This document shows positions 1 to 9,613 of a stretch of DNA of 64,000 nucleotides, piece by piece. The notes beneath the pieces are model-generated. The model was not told where the DNA came from, did not search any database, and saw only the letters and a program-made list of their open reading frames with translations. The first letter of the stretch is position 1; every line of letters begins with the position of its first letter. Source of the DNA: a virus (lineage: Duplodnaviria; Caudoviricetes); IMG/VR virus record IMGVR_UViG_3300021963_007290, positions 38,867-102,866 of that record; one strand, written 5' to 3'. A program made the position numbers and the translations under genes.

Positions 1-160
1 TATATCTATCAAAGAAAGTAACTTCCTGATAAATGTCATCTCTCAATCTAACTCTTGTAAAAAGATTTTTAACTTTAACATAATCAGATATTCCTATTTT
101 ATCTGGACCTCTTACAATATATTCAAAATCTGGGATTTGTTGAAAATAGTTTCTACTCAT
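1..160 (-). CDS. g53: baseplate wedge subunit gp53 (5' part; runs off the window edge)
   Basis: Manual translation from ATG at 160: MSRNYFQQIPDFEYIVRGPDKIGISDYVKVKNLFTRVRLRDDIYQEVTFFDRY. This resembles the gp53 N-terminus and follows g48 directly, as in T4-like cyanophages. Confidence 0.8.
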   Translation of the reverse strand, partial: MSRNYFQQIPDFEYIVRGPDKIGISDYVKVKNLFTRVRLRDDIYQEVTFFDRY

Positions 161-161
161 T

Positions 162-1454
162 TTAGTAACCTATTAAGTGATCTTTTCCGAATCCTTCTGT
201 ATAATCGGTATCATAAAGAGGTTCAATTTCTTGGAATTGCATATTTAATTCATAACAAACCATAGTTCCCGCACTATCATTATATGTGGCATAATTTCCT
301 AAGGGAGTGTAATTAACTGAACATGCAATTAATGCAGCAGCTTTTGTTTCACCCGATGGTTCTGGACTGATTAAATTCATTGACGGATGTATTTCACTGC
401 CTTTTAAATATTGAATCGTAAAAACATGTGGTGCTTTTAAAAATAATGCAGTATTATCCTTTCTTACAGCCATGTGCCTTTTGAAATATTTAATGATGAA
501 TTTAATTGCAGTAGCTTCATCCTCATCCCTCGCACTCATTTTAAAACTAAACTGAAATGGTCTTAATTGTGGTCCTTGAAAAAGCAGCTCAAGGTTTGGG
601 TTTAAAACTTTTGTTTTTGTTCTTGATAAGATATCAGGAATAGATGCTGCTTGTCCAGCAAGATAATCTTTAAGTTCTTGTTGACTGGCATCTAAATTTT
701 TAAAAAGATCTCCTATCATATCACCAGCACCTTGCCCACCCTCTTTACTCATCATCTCTCTTGATGCGTTAAATACAAAAGCGTCGATAGCAGATAGTTT
801 TCCTTCACCCCATTGGGCAGTATTTGTATCACTTATTGGTCCTTGTATTGCCATATAAATTGAGCTGTCAACTTTTTTATATGTAACATTGGGACTTGAA
901 AAACTACTTACTCCACCCGCACTTGTTGGGGCATTAAATTGTCCTTTTTCAATTTCAACCGCAGTAAATTTAATTTTATCTTGTTGATCGGACATTTGTA
1001 GTGGATATTGTAATCTACCATTAAAAGTTTTTCCAACGGGAAAAAATGCAGCAACTCCACTTGATGCATCATCAGTTGCTCTATATCCTTTATCAGATTC
1101 TATTTGCGAATCAAGAGTATTTGTGGCAGATTTATATTGTTCTTTTTGCTTAATTGATTCTTTTTGTTCTGCTGTTCCTCTGTCTTGTATTAATTTATAA
1201 GTGTTATCTCTTGTAGAAGTTGATATAGCACTCTTTGTATTTTGATCAAGTTGATTCCAGCTATTATCTTTTGCTTGAAAATCTTTTTGATCTGCAGTTC
1301 TTGTTGCAATCACCTTTCCAGATTTATCTACAATTTCTTGAGATCCATCTAATTTTGCGTTTACTGTCCATGGATTTTCACTTGTTCCTCCTGGTGTTCT
1401 TTGACTATATGAGGTAACTTTTCCAGATGAATCTTTATTTTCAGTCCAAGACAT
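162..1454 (-). CDS. g48: baseplate tail-tube cap gp48-like protein
   Basis: Motifs LNPNLELLFQGPQLRPFQFSFKMSAR, FLKAPHVFTIQY and LNMQFQEIEP; position between g4 and g53. Confidence 0.8.
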   Translation of the reverse strand: MSWTENKDSSGKVTSYSQRTPGGTSENPWTVNAKLDGSQEIVDKSGKVIATRTADQKDFQAKDNSWNQLDQNTKSAISTSTRDNTYKLIQDRGTAEQKESIKQKEQYKSATNTLDSQIESDKGYRATDDASSGVAAFFPVGKTFNGRLQYPLQMSDQQDKIKFTAVEIEKGQFNAPTSAGGVSSFSSPNVTYKKVDSSIYMAIQGPISDTNTAQWGEGKLSAIDAFVFNASREMMSKEGGQGAGDMIGDLFKNLDASQQELKDYLAGQAASIPDILSRTKTKVLNPNLELLFQGPQLRPFQFSFKMSARDEDEATAIKFIIKYFKRHMAVRKDNTALFLKAPHVFTIQYLKGSEIHPSMNLISPEPSGETKAAALIACSVNYTPLGNYATYNDSAGTMVCYELNMQFQEIEPLYDTDYTEGFGKDHLIGY

Positions 1455-1488
1455 GAGGAAGGTTTAGATTGGTGGTTGTTCGTAATTA

Positions 1489-1496
1489 TATTTATA
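1489..1496 (-). promoter_or_regulatory. T4-type late promoter (TATAAATA)
   Basis: + strand TATTTATA reads TATAAATA on the - strand, about 35 nt upstream of the g48 start. Confidence 0.7.
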
Positions 1497-1947
1497 GACC
1501 AAGTTCATCTTCCGTAATTATCATAAACTTGATCAATCTGTCTTCGCAAAATTGCTCTGCTGCTTTCCATTTAGCTTTATTTTTTTCATATGTCAACACC
1601 TCATTAATGTAGGTTTTATTTCTTTTTTTTACTGTTCTTTGTGGTTTAATTGTTTGCTTTTTTGGTTTTACTTCAACAATATACCTAACGGTCGTTCCAC
1701 TTGATTCTTTAATTTTCATATAAAAATCTGGAAAGTATCTACGAACTCTTTCTGTAGTTGGGTCAAAATATGGAATGAAAAATTCTTCACTTCCCCATTC
1801 AAGTATATCTTCTTTTCTATCACAGTATCTCATGAACTTTAATTCCCATGAAGATCTGTATATAATATTGTTTACATCACCCTTGTATTTTTCTGGGTTT
1901 CTTGGATGAAATTTTCCTTGATGATATTTTCCTTCATTACTTCGCAT
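1492..1947 (-). CDS. g4: head completion protein gp4 (TnsA-like nuclease fold)
   Basis: Motifs NPEKYKGD, IIYRSSWELKFMRYCD, WGSEE, RRYFPDF, VEVKP and NKAKWKAA are characteristic of gp4. Confidence 0.9.
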   Translation of the reverse strand: MRSNEGKYHQGKFHPRNPEKYKGDVNNIIYRSSWELKFMRYCDRKEDILEWGSEEFFIPYFDPTTERVRRYFPDFYMKIKESSGTTVRYIVEVKPKKQTIKPQRTVKKRNKTYINEVLTYEKNKAKWKAAEQFCEDRLIKFMIITEDELGL

Positions 1948-1969
1948 ACATATTATATAAAGCTTTTTA

Positions 1970-1977
1970 TATTTATA
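1970..1977 (-). promoter_or_regulatory. T4-type late promoter (TATAAATA)
   Basis: TATTTATA on + strand, about 23 nt upstream of the g4 start, in a divergent intergenic region. Confidence 0.65.
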
Positions 1978-1978
1978 A

Positions 1979-2800
1979 ATGGCACAAAATAAAAATCTTC
2001 AACCAATTAAATCTGCTTCAAAGGCATACCGATTAAGAGACATATTTCAAAAGCCCGCATTAACTTCTTTTTATCAGTGTTGGTTTTATCCCACTCAAAA
2101 ATCAAGAGATTGGATTTCTCAAAGAGGGTATGAATTTACGACTGCTGTTGAAAATATATCTTTACTTTGCTGTGAGGCATCATTGCCCGGATCTTCTTTA
2201 GTAACTAATGAAATTACAAGTGATTATACTGGAGTTACGGAGAAGCATCCATATAGAAGGCAGTTTATGGAAGCTGATTTTACTTTTTATGTTGATCATA
2301 ACGGAGCGGATGGTGGAAAGAGTCATGAAATAATTTGGTTCTTTGAGAATTGGATAGGTCACATCGCAAATGAATCCGTTACTGGATTAACCGATGGTAG
2401 ACCAGATAGTACAAAATCAAATTATTTTTACCGATTTGAATTTCCAAAAAACTACCAAACTGATATTTACATTAATAAGTTTGAAAGAGATTATCTGGGA
2501 ACATATTTGCAATACAACTTCTTACAGGCATATCCATTAACAATCCAAGCTATGCCTGTATCCTATGATTCTTCACAATTACTAAAATGTACGGTTACTT
2601 TTAGTTACACAAGATATAATGTTTATAGAGAATATAACTATGGAATAGTTGGTAAATTGAGAAACAATCGCGTAGTAACTGATCCATTTGCTTACTTTAA
2701 TCCATTTGCTACAACTGAAAGTGAAACTATATTTGATACTTTAAGAAAGGTGGGTGGTGGAGCTTTAGAAACTTTTGGATTAGACGATACAAATTATTGA
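1979..2800 (+). CDS. tail tube-fold protein (gp19/gp54-like tube initiator)
   Basis: Motifs LLCCEASLPG, FTFYVD, FFENW, AYPLTI and LLKCTVTFSY are typical of the tube-protein fold; lies upstream of g26. Confidence 0.7.
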   Translation: MAQNKNLQPIKSASKAYRLRDIFQKPALTSFYQCWFYPTQKSRDWISQRGYEFTTAVENISLLCCEASLPGSSLVTNEITSDYTGVTEKHPYRRQFMEADFTFYVDHNGADGGKSHEIIWFFENWIGHIANESVTGLTDGRPDSTKSNYFYRFEFPKNYQTDIYINKFERDYLGTYLQYNFLQAYPLTIQAMPVSYDSSQLLKCTVTFSYTRYNVYREYNYGIVGKLRNNRVVTDPFAYFNPFATTESETIFDTLRKVGGGALETFGLDDTNY

Positions 2801-2833
2801 TATATATACTATAACTGATTTGCATAAAAGATC

Positions 2834-3556
2834 ATGCCTTTACCTAAAATTAGTACCCCGACTTATGAACTAATTCTTCCTTCAACAGAAGAGACGGTTA
2901 CTTACAGACCATTCTTAGTCAAGGAAGAAAAATTACTTGTTCTTGCATTAGAAACGGAAGACACAAAACAAATTACTACAGCAATTAAAACAGTAATTAA
3001 AAATTGTATCGAGTCACCTAAAAATGTCAAGGTAGAAACTCTACCTACATTTGATATTGAATATCTATTTTTAAATATTCGTGGAAAATCTGTAGGAGAA
3101 GAATTGGAAGTTAATATCATCGCACCAGACGATCAGGTTACTGAAATTCCGGTTAAAATTGCCATTGATGATATTAAAGTAAATACCAACGAAAAGCACT
3201 CTCGTCAAATAAAAGTTGATGACAGTATTACAATGGAAATGAAATATCCTTCATTGGATGAATTTATTAAATCAAATTTTGATGTCAATCAAAGAACTAA
3301 TGTAGATCAATCATTTGATTTAATTGCTTCTTGTATTGATAGAATTTATACATCAGAAGAGGTTTGGGATTCTTCCGATGTAACGAAGAAAGAATTAGTT
3401 GAATTTCTTGAAGATATGAATTCAATTCAATTTAAACAAATTGAAACTTTCTTTGAAACTATGCCTAAACTTTCTCATAAATTAAAAATTAAAAATCCAA
3501 AGACAAAAGTAGAAAGTGAAATTGTATTAGAAGGACTTTCAAGTTTTTTCGCATAG
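2834..3556 (+). CDS. g26: baseplate hub subunit gp26
   Basis: MPLPKISTPTYEL, YRPFLVKEEKLL, FDIEYLFLNIRGKSVGE, FFETMPKL and LEGLSSFF. Confidence 0.92.
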   Translation: MPLPKISTPTYELILPSTEETVTYRPFLVKEEKLLVLALETEDTKQITTAIKTVIKNCIESPKNVKVETLPTFDIEYLFLNIRGKSVGEELEVNIIAPDDQVTEIPVKIAIDDIKVNTNEKHSRQIKVDDSITMEMKYPSLDEFIKSNFDVNQRTNVDQSFDLIASCIDRIYTSEEVWDSSDVTKKELVEFLEDMNSIQFKQIETFFETMPKLSHKLKIKNPKTKVESEIVLEGLSSFFA

Positions 3557-3558
3557 CC

Positions 3559-3741
3559 ATGTCTCACATGGATCTGGAGAATTACTTCAGATTAAATTTT
3601 GCCTTGATGCAGTTCCATAAATATTCTTTGACAGAGATTGAAAATATGATGCCTTGGGAAAGGGACATTTATGTAATGTTACTTGAAGATCATCTGGAAC
3701 AGCAGGAATTAGAGGCAAAGACTGGAAGAGGTAATGGCTGA
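3559..3741 (+). CDS. g51: baseplate hub assembly protein gp51
   Basis: LENYFRLNFALMQFHKYSLTEIENMMPWERDIYV; immediately follows g26. Confidence 0.9.
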   Translation: MSHMDLENYFRLNFALMQFHKYSLTEIENMMPWERDIYVMLLEDHLEQQELEAKTGRGNG

Positions 3742-6700
3742 TTCTAACCCAACAACACAATTAGTAGATAGTAGAATTGTTTCATTGTTGGGACTCCAAG
3801 ATGATTTGGAGTTGTCTCATGAAGATTATTTTAGATCTTTAAAAGAAGCTGCACTTGCTGCCAGAATGTCTGACGGCAAGTTTTCTTCTGAAGAAGTATC
3901 ATTAATAACAGAAGAGTTAAAAAGAGTAAGAAAAGAAGATAAGAATATAAAGTTTCAGACAGAAAAGAAAAGGGCAAAAGCAAAACCAAAAACTCAAAAA
4001 GTATCTAATAAAAATACCAAAAAAACACCAAAATCTACTACTCCCAGAGCAAATACAAAAGTTACTACATTATCAACTTTTGTTCAAAAGCAACAACAAT
4101 CTCCTGCTACTGAGGCACCATCTGCATCTCCACCACAAGCAACACCAACGGTTCCTCTTCTCCCCCAACCAAAGAAAAAAACTGTCGAGGTAAAGGAGAA
4201 AAAACAAAAGATTAAAAAAGAAGGTTGTTGTGAAATTCTTGGAAAAAAATTAACCAAGATTGATTCTACTTTAGGATCTATTTTTTCAACACTTAAAGAT
4301 CAGTTTTCTTTGAGAAAAAAAGATTCTGAAAGGGAACGAAGAGGTCGTGAAAAATCTGGAAGAGAAGACGCGGAAAATAAATTAGAGAAAGGAAGTGGAA
4401 TCAAAGAAATAGTAAGTACTGCTAAAAATTTACTATCTCCCTTTCAAGATCTTTTTGATAGAATAAAACGATTCATTGTATTTACTTTACTTGGTAAAGC
4501 ATTTACGATGTTTATGGATTGGATGAAAGATCCAAAAAATAGACAGACGTTTAATACTATTGTTAAATTTTTAACAGATCATTGGGTATTAATTGTTGGA
4601 TCTTATTTGTTATTTGGAACCAAGCTCGGTGGATTTGCAAGAACAATTGGCAAACTTGTAGTAAAATTAGCAGTAAAGGCAGTATTTGCTACAGGAAAAT
4701 TAATTGCAGTTTTAGCAAAGAGTAAATGGGGTCGAGTTGCTCTTGCTGCTGGAGCTGTAACTGCGGGGGCAGTTGCTATATCCCAAAGTGGAAAAAAGAA
4801 AGATGATAAGCAAGATGTAGAATCTTATGCCGATGGTGGTATTATCGGTGGTCTTGGAAAGGCACTCAAATTCACTCCTTTGGGAATGGCATTTGAGGCA
4901 GGTAAGCATGGTGCCAAAGCATTTGGAAAAGGTGCTAAGGCAGTAGGAAAAGTTGCTTCCGGAGCAACTGACTTCTTAGGAAAGGGATTAAAAAAATCTT
5001 TAGATGTAGCAACTTTACCTTTAACTATTGGATTTAAGGGTCTTGCTGGTGCCTCTGAATTTTTAATGAATGGTCTAAAATCATTAGATCTTTTTAAACT
5101 TCTTGCAGGTCCAATACAATCAATAACAAAAAAAGGTGGGGATAAGGATCCCAAACTCCAGGCAGCTGGTGGAATTCCTGGATTAATAGGAACGATTGTA
5201 CAAAAAACTTCTGAGGGAGTTGGCAAGAACGTTAAAGATTCTAAAAAATCAAAACAAGAAAAAAAGGATAAAGGTGCGGGATATGCTAAGGGTGGATTAA
5301 TTAATCCATTAACTATGGGACTAATGGGTGCTGTCCCAGGTCTTGGAGCATTCGCACCATTGTTATCACCATTACTACAAAGTAAAAAAATTGGTGGTGA
5401 TCATGGTCTCCCAGTTTCTGGAGCAGGAAAGGATGATAGGTTATTAAAATTAAGAACTGGTGATGCAATATTAACTGAAAAAGATCAAAAACAGTTATCA
5501 TCAGGAAACTTTTTAGAAAAATTTGGTGGTCCAATTGGTGCAATGGCATCTTTCTTTTCTGGAAAAAAATCTGGAGAAGAAACAGTTGTTGCTGCTAAAA
5601 GGGGAGAAGCAGTAGTAACTCAAGAGGATCAACTTAATATATTTGAAAAAACTGGAATCAGTATACCTTCTTTATTGTCTGGAAGAAAAGCAAATAAAGT
5701 TAGTTCTGATCAATTAAAAACAAAATCTGGAAAACGTCTTCCAGGATTCTTTAATGGAGGCATAGTTGAGGGATTTGCTGGTGGTGGAATTGTAGGTGGA
5801 GATGCTGCATATGCAAATCAAAGATATCAAGAGTTATTACAAACAACAAAGAAAAGTACAATATCTTCATATAATAAAAAGTATGGTGAAGGTGCATATG
5901 AAAAGAAATTATTAGCAAAATTAAACAAAATCCATACTGGTCCAGACAAGTCAACTAAACCAAAACTACCTCCAGTAAAAACTAATGATGCTTACATGAA
6001 GTCCGTAAGAGAACGGGCTGGAAAAGGATCATCAACACTTACAGTAAATGGACTTAGGATTTTTGGAGCTGGAAAAGTACTAGACAAAATAAAAGATGTT
6101 AAAACTCCTGATATAAAAATTGAAGATGTAGCAAATAAAGCTCAATCAAAAATAAAAAAACTTGCTGCTGCAACTAAGTTCGGTGAAATGAGTGCAGAGC
6201 AAAGGGCTGATTATGAACAAGCAATAGCAAAAGAGAAGGTAGAAAGAGATAAAATTTTAAGTAGATCAAAGCAAAAAAGATCTTCTGATGAGGGCGCAAG
6301 AAAAGCATTTAGGGATATATTTGATAACCCAGACCTAAAAAATTCACTTCATGAGAAAGTGGCATTTGGTGATATGACTTATGAGCAATTTAAAAAAGTT
6401 TATTATGGAAAACAGTCAAAAGCACCGGCAAAAGGAAATAAAGGTTATACTCCATTCAAATCAAAGTTTGCTGGAGCAAGAGATGCTGCACATGCTAAAG
6501 CAAAAAACATTACTGGAGAACCTAAGAAAGGATTTGGTTCAAAGTTAAGGAGTATTTTAAAATTCAATCCAATGATTCCTTTAATGGGATCTATTAAAAC
6601 TGGATTGGAATATAGTCCTTTAGGATTGTCTGCTAAAATTGCTAAAAGAGGACTTGATACTTTAGGTCCTCTTGGCGCATCTGTTGGTGGATGGATGCAA

Positions 6701-9613
6701 GGAAGGTTTAATCAAGTATCAAAAGATTTAAAAACTCCAAAACCAAAAGCAACTCCATTTACTGGTGTAAAATCTTCAGATTTTTATCAAGCAAATTCTC
6801 AAGCAAAGGAACAAAGTTTAGCAAATTTAACTTCACAAAAACGACTCGATATATTGAGCAAAGAAGGTGGTGGAGTTAAAACTGGAAGAGGAAAAAGATT
6901 TACTACAGAGAATATTGCCAAGGAAAGAGAATGGCAAGGTCGTGGTGGTATGCTTGGTGGAATTAAAAGAGGATTCCAATCTTTCTTTGGTGGTGCTGAT
7001 GCTCAAATTAGAAATTTAAAAGCAGATAAGGCATCAGCAGCAAGAGTAAGGCAAGCTGGTGCTGCTTCTATCGGTAGATACTACTCTTCTTCTGATGGTA
7101 AGTATTACAAGGATTATGATGCTGCACAAAAAGCAAGGCAAGCAAGATTAGCAGCACCACCAGTGCCGAAACCATCTTTTTCAAAACCAATTGGTACTGG
7201 TAGTAATGGTGGAATAACTAAACCAGTTGGGTTTAAACCAGCAGCTCCAAAACCAATTATAGCGAGACCAAAACCAATTGGTACTGGTAGTAATGGTGGA
7301 TTAAGTAAGCCAAAAGGGGGAATAAAGAAAAAAGAAGGTGGAGGATTAGTTGAAAGAAGCATTAGTGAGCAAATTAGATCTTTAAGGGGATTGAGAGCAG
7401 ATTCCTTAGAAAGGCAAGGTGAAACTAATAGTGCTTATGGATTGAGAGCATTTAATCTTCAGAAAGTATTTAAAAATTTTAATACTAATGATATTTTTAA
7501 AAAATCAAAATATTCATTTAATCTTAATGATTCATTTAAAAATTATTTTGATAAATCTAAAAATACCAATGAACAAAAGAAACCAAATCCATTTGGTCCC
7601 AATTTAGGATTAAATTTAAAACCGATAAAAACAAATTATCAATTAAGTAAGACATCAAAAAATAAAGATCTTACAAAAATTGCTTTTAATCCAAATACTA
7701 ATTTAAATAATCAGAAACCTAAAAGGCAATCAATATCAGACAGCCTGAAAGAACTTCGTGCAATGAGAGCAAGATCACTTGATAGGCAAGGTGATACATT
7801 GGGTGCATTAGGGGTAAGAGCATCTAATTATAATTTACCAAAAATTGATGCAAGTAAGTTAAAAGTAGATCCTAAAAAGGCTTATGGAAGTAATTTAAAT
7901 TTTGCAACTCCACCAGTAAAAGAATTGCCTAAATTTGACCTCTCAAAAGTATCGTCAAATGTTACTACATCATTTAAACCAACACCTTCTGCACCTTTGG
8001 CAGCACCTCCTCCCCCAAAAATAGATACTGCAACAAATTTGCCAGTTAAAACAACTACTGATGCTCCACCTCCCCCAAAAATAGATACTTCGGCAATACA
8101 AAAGAAAGCTGGTGGAGGAATAATTAATAAAGTTAAATCTGGGATAGGTGGATTTTTTAAATCAAAGGAACCTATCAAAAAAAGAGATGTTGTAAAAAAA
8201 GTTGCAGGAAAAGCAGTATCTAAAGGCGATGACATAAAAAGTAATCTTGAAAAAATTACTAATAAATCGAAAGAAAAAAAGAAAGGTTTTTGGGGAGGTA
8301 TATATGATACTGTCAGTTCAATTAACACTGGAGTAAACACTGCTAAAGCATTTGCTAAAAAAATAAATCCAATCAAAACAGCTAAAAATGCTGCTAATTT
8401 TATTGGTGGAAATATTAAAAACGTAGCAAATGTAGTTAGTAAAAAGGGTTCAAGTGTGCTATCTTCAGTGGCACAAAATCCAAAGATGCTTAAAGTTAGT
8501 GGAGCACTTGGTAAATTTGGTGGAAGAATGGTTCCTGGATTGGGTGTTGCGGCAAGTGCTGCTGATGCTGCTGCAAGGGCAGAAAGGGGAGATAAATGGG
8601 GTGCTGCTTTGGCGGGGTTGGGAGCTGGTGCCGGAGCTACAACCATAGCAACCTCTGGAGCAGCAGCAACGGGAGCTGGTGCTGTTATTCCAGCAGCTGC
8701 AGAGGCAGTGTCAATGGGTGCTGATGTTGCTTTACTGGGAAAGGATATATGGGATATAATGTCATCCAAAGAGAATACCGCATCTCCACAAAAAAATAAA
8801 GTAGAACTTAGTAAAATTCAGAGCAAAAGTTCCAAAGATTTGACAACATCTAAAGTTAACATGATGCAAGGTGGTGGAATCGTTAAACTTCAAGGTGGTG
8901 GAGAATTAAAATCGCCAGCAATTTCATCTGCTCCACTTCCTCCGACAATAGATCCTGCAACAAATTTACCAGTTGTAATGACTAATGATGCTCCATCTGT
9001 ACCACCCATTAAACCAATACAACCAAAACCGTCTACTCCATTAGCACCCATAAAAAAATCTGTAATGCAACAACAAGCAGATGAACTCCGTGCTATGAGA
9101 GCAAATTCAATGGAAAGGCAAGGAAGAACTTCCGAGGCTTATGGTCAAAGAGCATTTGGATCCAAAAAAGATTTTTCATCATTCTTTACACAAGGATCCG
9201 TAACAGAAAATACTGGTATGAATATGCCAGGAGGAACTGCAGATAGACAATTAACTGCATTACAACCTGGAGAATATGTAATTCCAAAACAAACAGTAAA
9301 TTCATTTGGTGGGGCAAGTTTCTTTGATAACATGGTTGCAAAAACGGATTCGGATTCAAATGCAGCTAAGTTAGGAGCAAAAAGTAAGCCAAACGTTGGG
9401 GGTGGCATTAAGCCATATCCAATAAATAATTCCAAGAAACCTCAAGTTACTAACTTAGGATCTGCTAAAGAAGCAAGATCTGGTGCTCAACTTTCTCAGG
9501 GAAGAACTCAAAATGGAGCATCTAAAGAAGTATTCTTTGAAGCACCTTGTCAGGAAGGATCTGCACCGTCCGAAAGACAGAGAATAATGGATCTCTTAGG
9601 GGTAAATAGCTGA
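3734..9613 (+). CDS. giant tape-measure-like / ejected virion protein 1 (1959 aa)
   Basis: Follows g51. Coiled-coil N-terminus, hydrophobic putative TM segments, repeated (F/Y)AxGG(I/L) motifs and an ADRQLTALQPGEYVI motif typical of tape-measure proteins. Confidence 0.55.
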   Translation: MADSNPTTQLVDSRIVSLLGLQDDLELSHEDYFRSLKEAALAARMSDGKFSSEEVSLITEELKRVRKEDKNIKFQTEKKRAKAKPKTQKVSNKNTKKTPKSTTPRANTKVTTLSTFVQKQQQSPATEAPSASPPQATPTVPLLPQPKKKTVEVKEKKQKIKKEGCCEILGKKLTKIDSTLGSIFSTLKDQFSLRKKDSERERRGREKSGREDAENKLEKGSGIKEIVSTAKNLLSPFQDLFDRIKRFIVFTLLGKAFTMFMDWMKDPKNRQTFNTIVKFLTDHWVLIVGSYLLFGTKLGGFARTIGKLVVKLAVKAVFATGKLIAVLAKSKWGRVALAAGAVTAGAVAISQSGKKKDDKQDVESYADGGIIGGLGKALKFTPLGMAFEAGKHGAKAFGKGAKAVGKVASGATDFLGKGLKKSLDVATLPLTIGFKGLAGASEFLMNGLKSLDLFKLLAGPIQSITKKGGDKDPKLQAAGGIPGLIGTIVQKTSEGVGKNVKDSKKSKQEKKDKGAGYAKGGLINPLTMGLMGAVPGLGAFAPLLSPLLQSKKIGGDHGLPVSGAGKDDRLLKLRTGDAILTEKDQKQLSSGNFLEKFGGPIGAMASFFSGKKSGEETVVAAKRGEAVVTQEDQLNIFEKTGISIPSLLSGRKANKVSSDQLKTKSGKRLPGFFNGGIVEGFAGGGIVGGDAAYANQRYQELLQTTKKSTISSYNKKYGEGAYEKKLLAKLNKIHTGPDKSTKPKLPPVKTNDAYMKSVRERAGKGSSTLTVNGLRIFGAGKVLDKIKDVKTPDIKIEDVANKAQSKIKKLAAATKFGEMSAEQRADYEQAIAKEKVERDKILSRSKQKRSSDEGARKAFRDIFDNPDLKNSLHEKVAFGDMTYEQFKKVYYGKQSKAPAKGNKGYTPFKSKFAGARDAAHAKAKNITGEPKKGFGSKLRSILKFNPMIPLMGSIKTGLEYSPLGLSAKIAKRGLDTLGPLGASVGGWMQGRFNQVSKDLKTPKPKATPFTGVKSSDFYQANSQAKEQSLANLTSQKRLDILSKEGGGVKTGRGKRFTTENIAKEREWQGRGGMLGGIKRGFQSFFGGADAQIRNLKADKASAARVRQAGAASIGRYYSSSDGKYYKDYDAAQKARQARLAAPPVPKPSFSKPIGTGSNGGITKPVGFKPAAPKPIIARPKPIGTGSNGGLSKPKGGIKKKEGGGLVERSISEQIRSLRGLRADSLERQGETNSAYGLRAFNLQKVFKNFNTNDIFKKSKYSFNLNDSFKNYFDKSKNTNEQKKPNPFGPNLGLNLKPIKTNYQLSKTSKNKDLTKIAFNPNTNLNNQKPKRQSISDSLKELRAMRARSLDRQGDTLGALGVRASNYNLPKIDASKLKVDPKKAYGSNLNFATPPVKELPKFDLSKVSSNVTTSFKPTPSAPLAAPPPPKIDTATNLPVKTTTDAPPPPKIDTSAIQKKAGGGIINKVKSGIGGFFKSKEPIKKRDVVKKVAGKAVSKGDDIKSNLEKITNKSKEKKKGFWGGIYDTVSSINTGVNTAKAFAKKINPIKTAKNAANFIGGNIKNVANVVSKKGSSVLSSVAQNPKMLKVSGALGKFGGRMVPGLGVAASAADAAARAERGDKWGAALAGLGAGAGATTIATSGAAATGAGAVIPAAAEAVSMGADVALLGKDIWDIMSSKENTASPQKNKVELSKIQSKSSKDLTTSKVNMMQGGGIVKLQGGGELKSPAISSAPLPPTIDPATNLPVVMTNDAPSVPPIKPIQPKPSTPLAPIKKSVMQQQADELRAMRANSMERQGRTSEAYGQRAFGSKKDFSSFFTQGSVTENTGMNMPGGTADRQLTALQPGEYVIPKQTVNSFGGASFFDNMVAKTDSDSNAAKLGAKSKPNVGGGIKPYPINNSKKPQVTNLGSAKEARSGAQLSQGRTQNGASKEVFFEAPCQEGSAPSERQRIMDLLGVNS
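7182..7300 (+). repeat. 32-bp direct repeat pair encoding KPIGTGSNGG
   Basis: caaaaccaattggtactggtagtaatggtgga at 7182-7213 and 7269-7300. Confidence 0.85.

Noticed and set aside
1492-1947. TnsA-like nuclease as a sign of a transposon or homing endonuclease
   Set aside because: Sequence and synteny match the core gp4 head-completion gene; no terminal repeats or other transposition genes are present.
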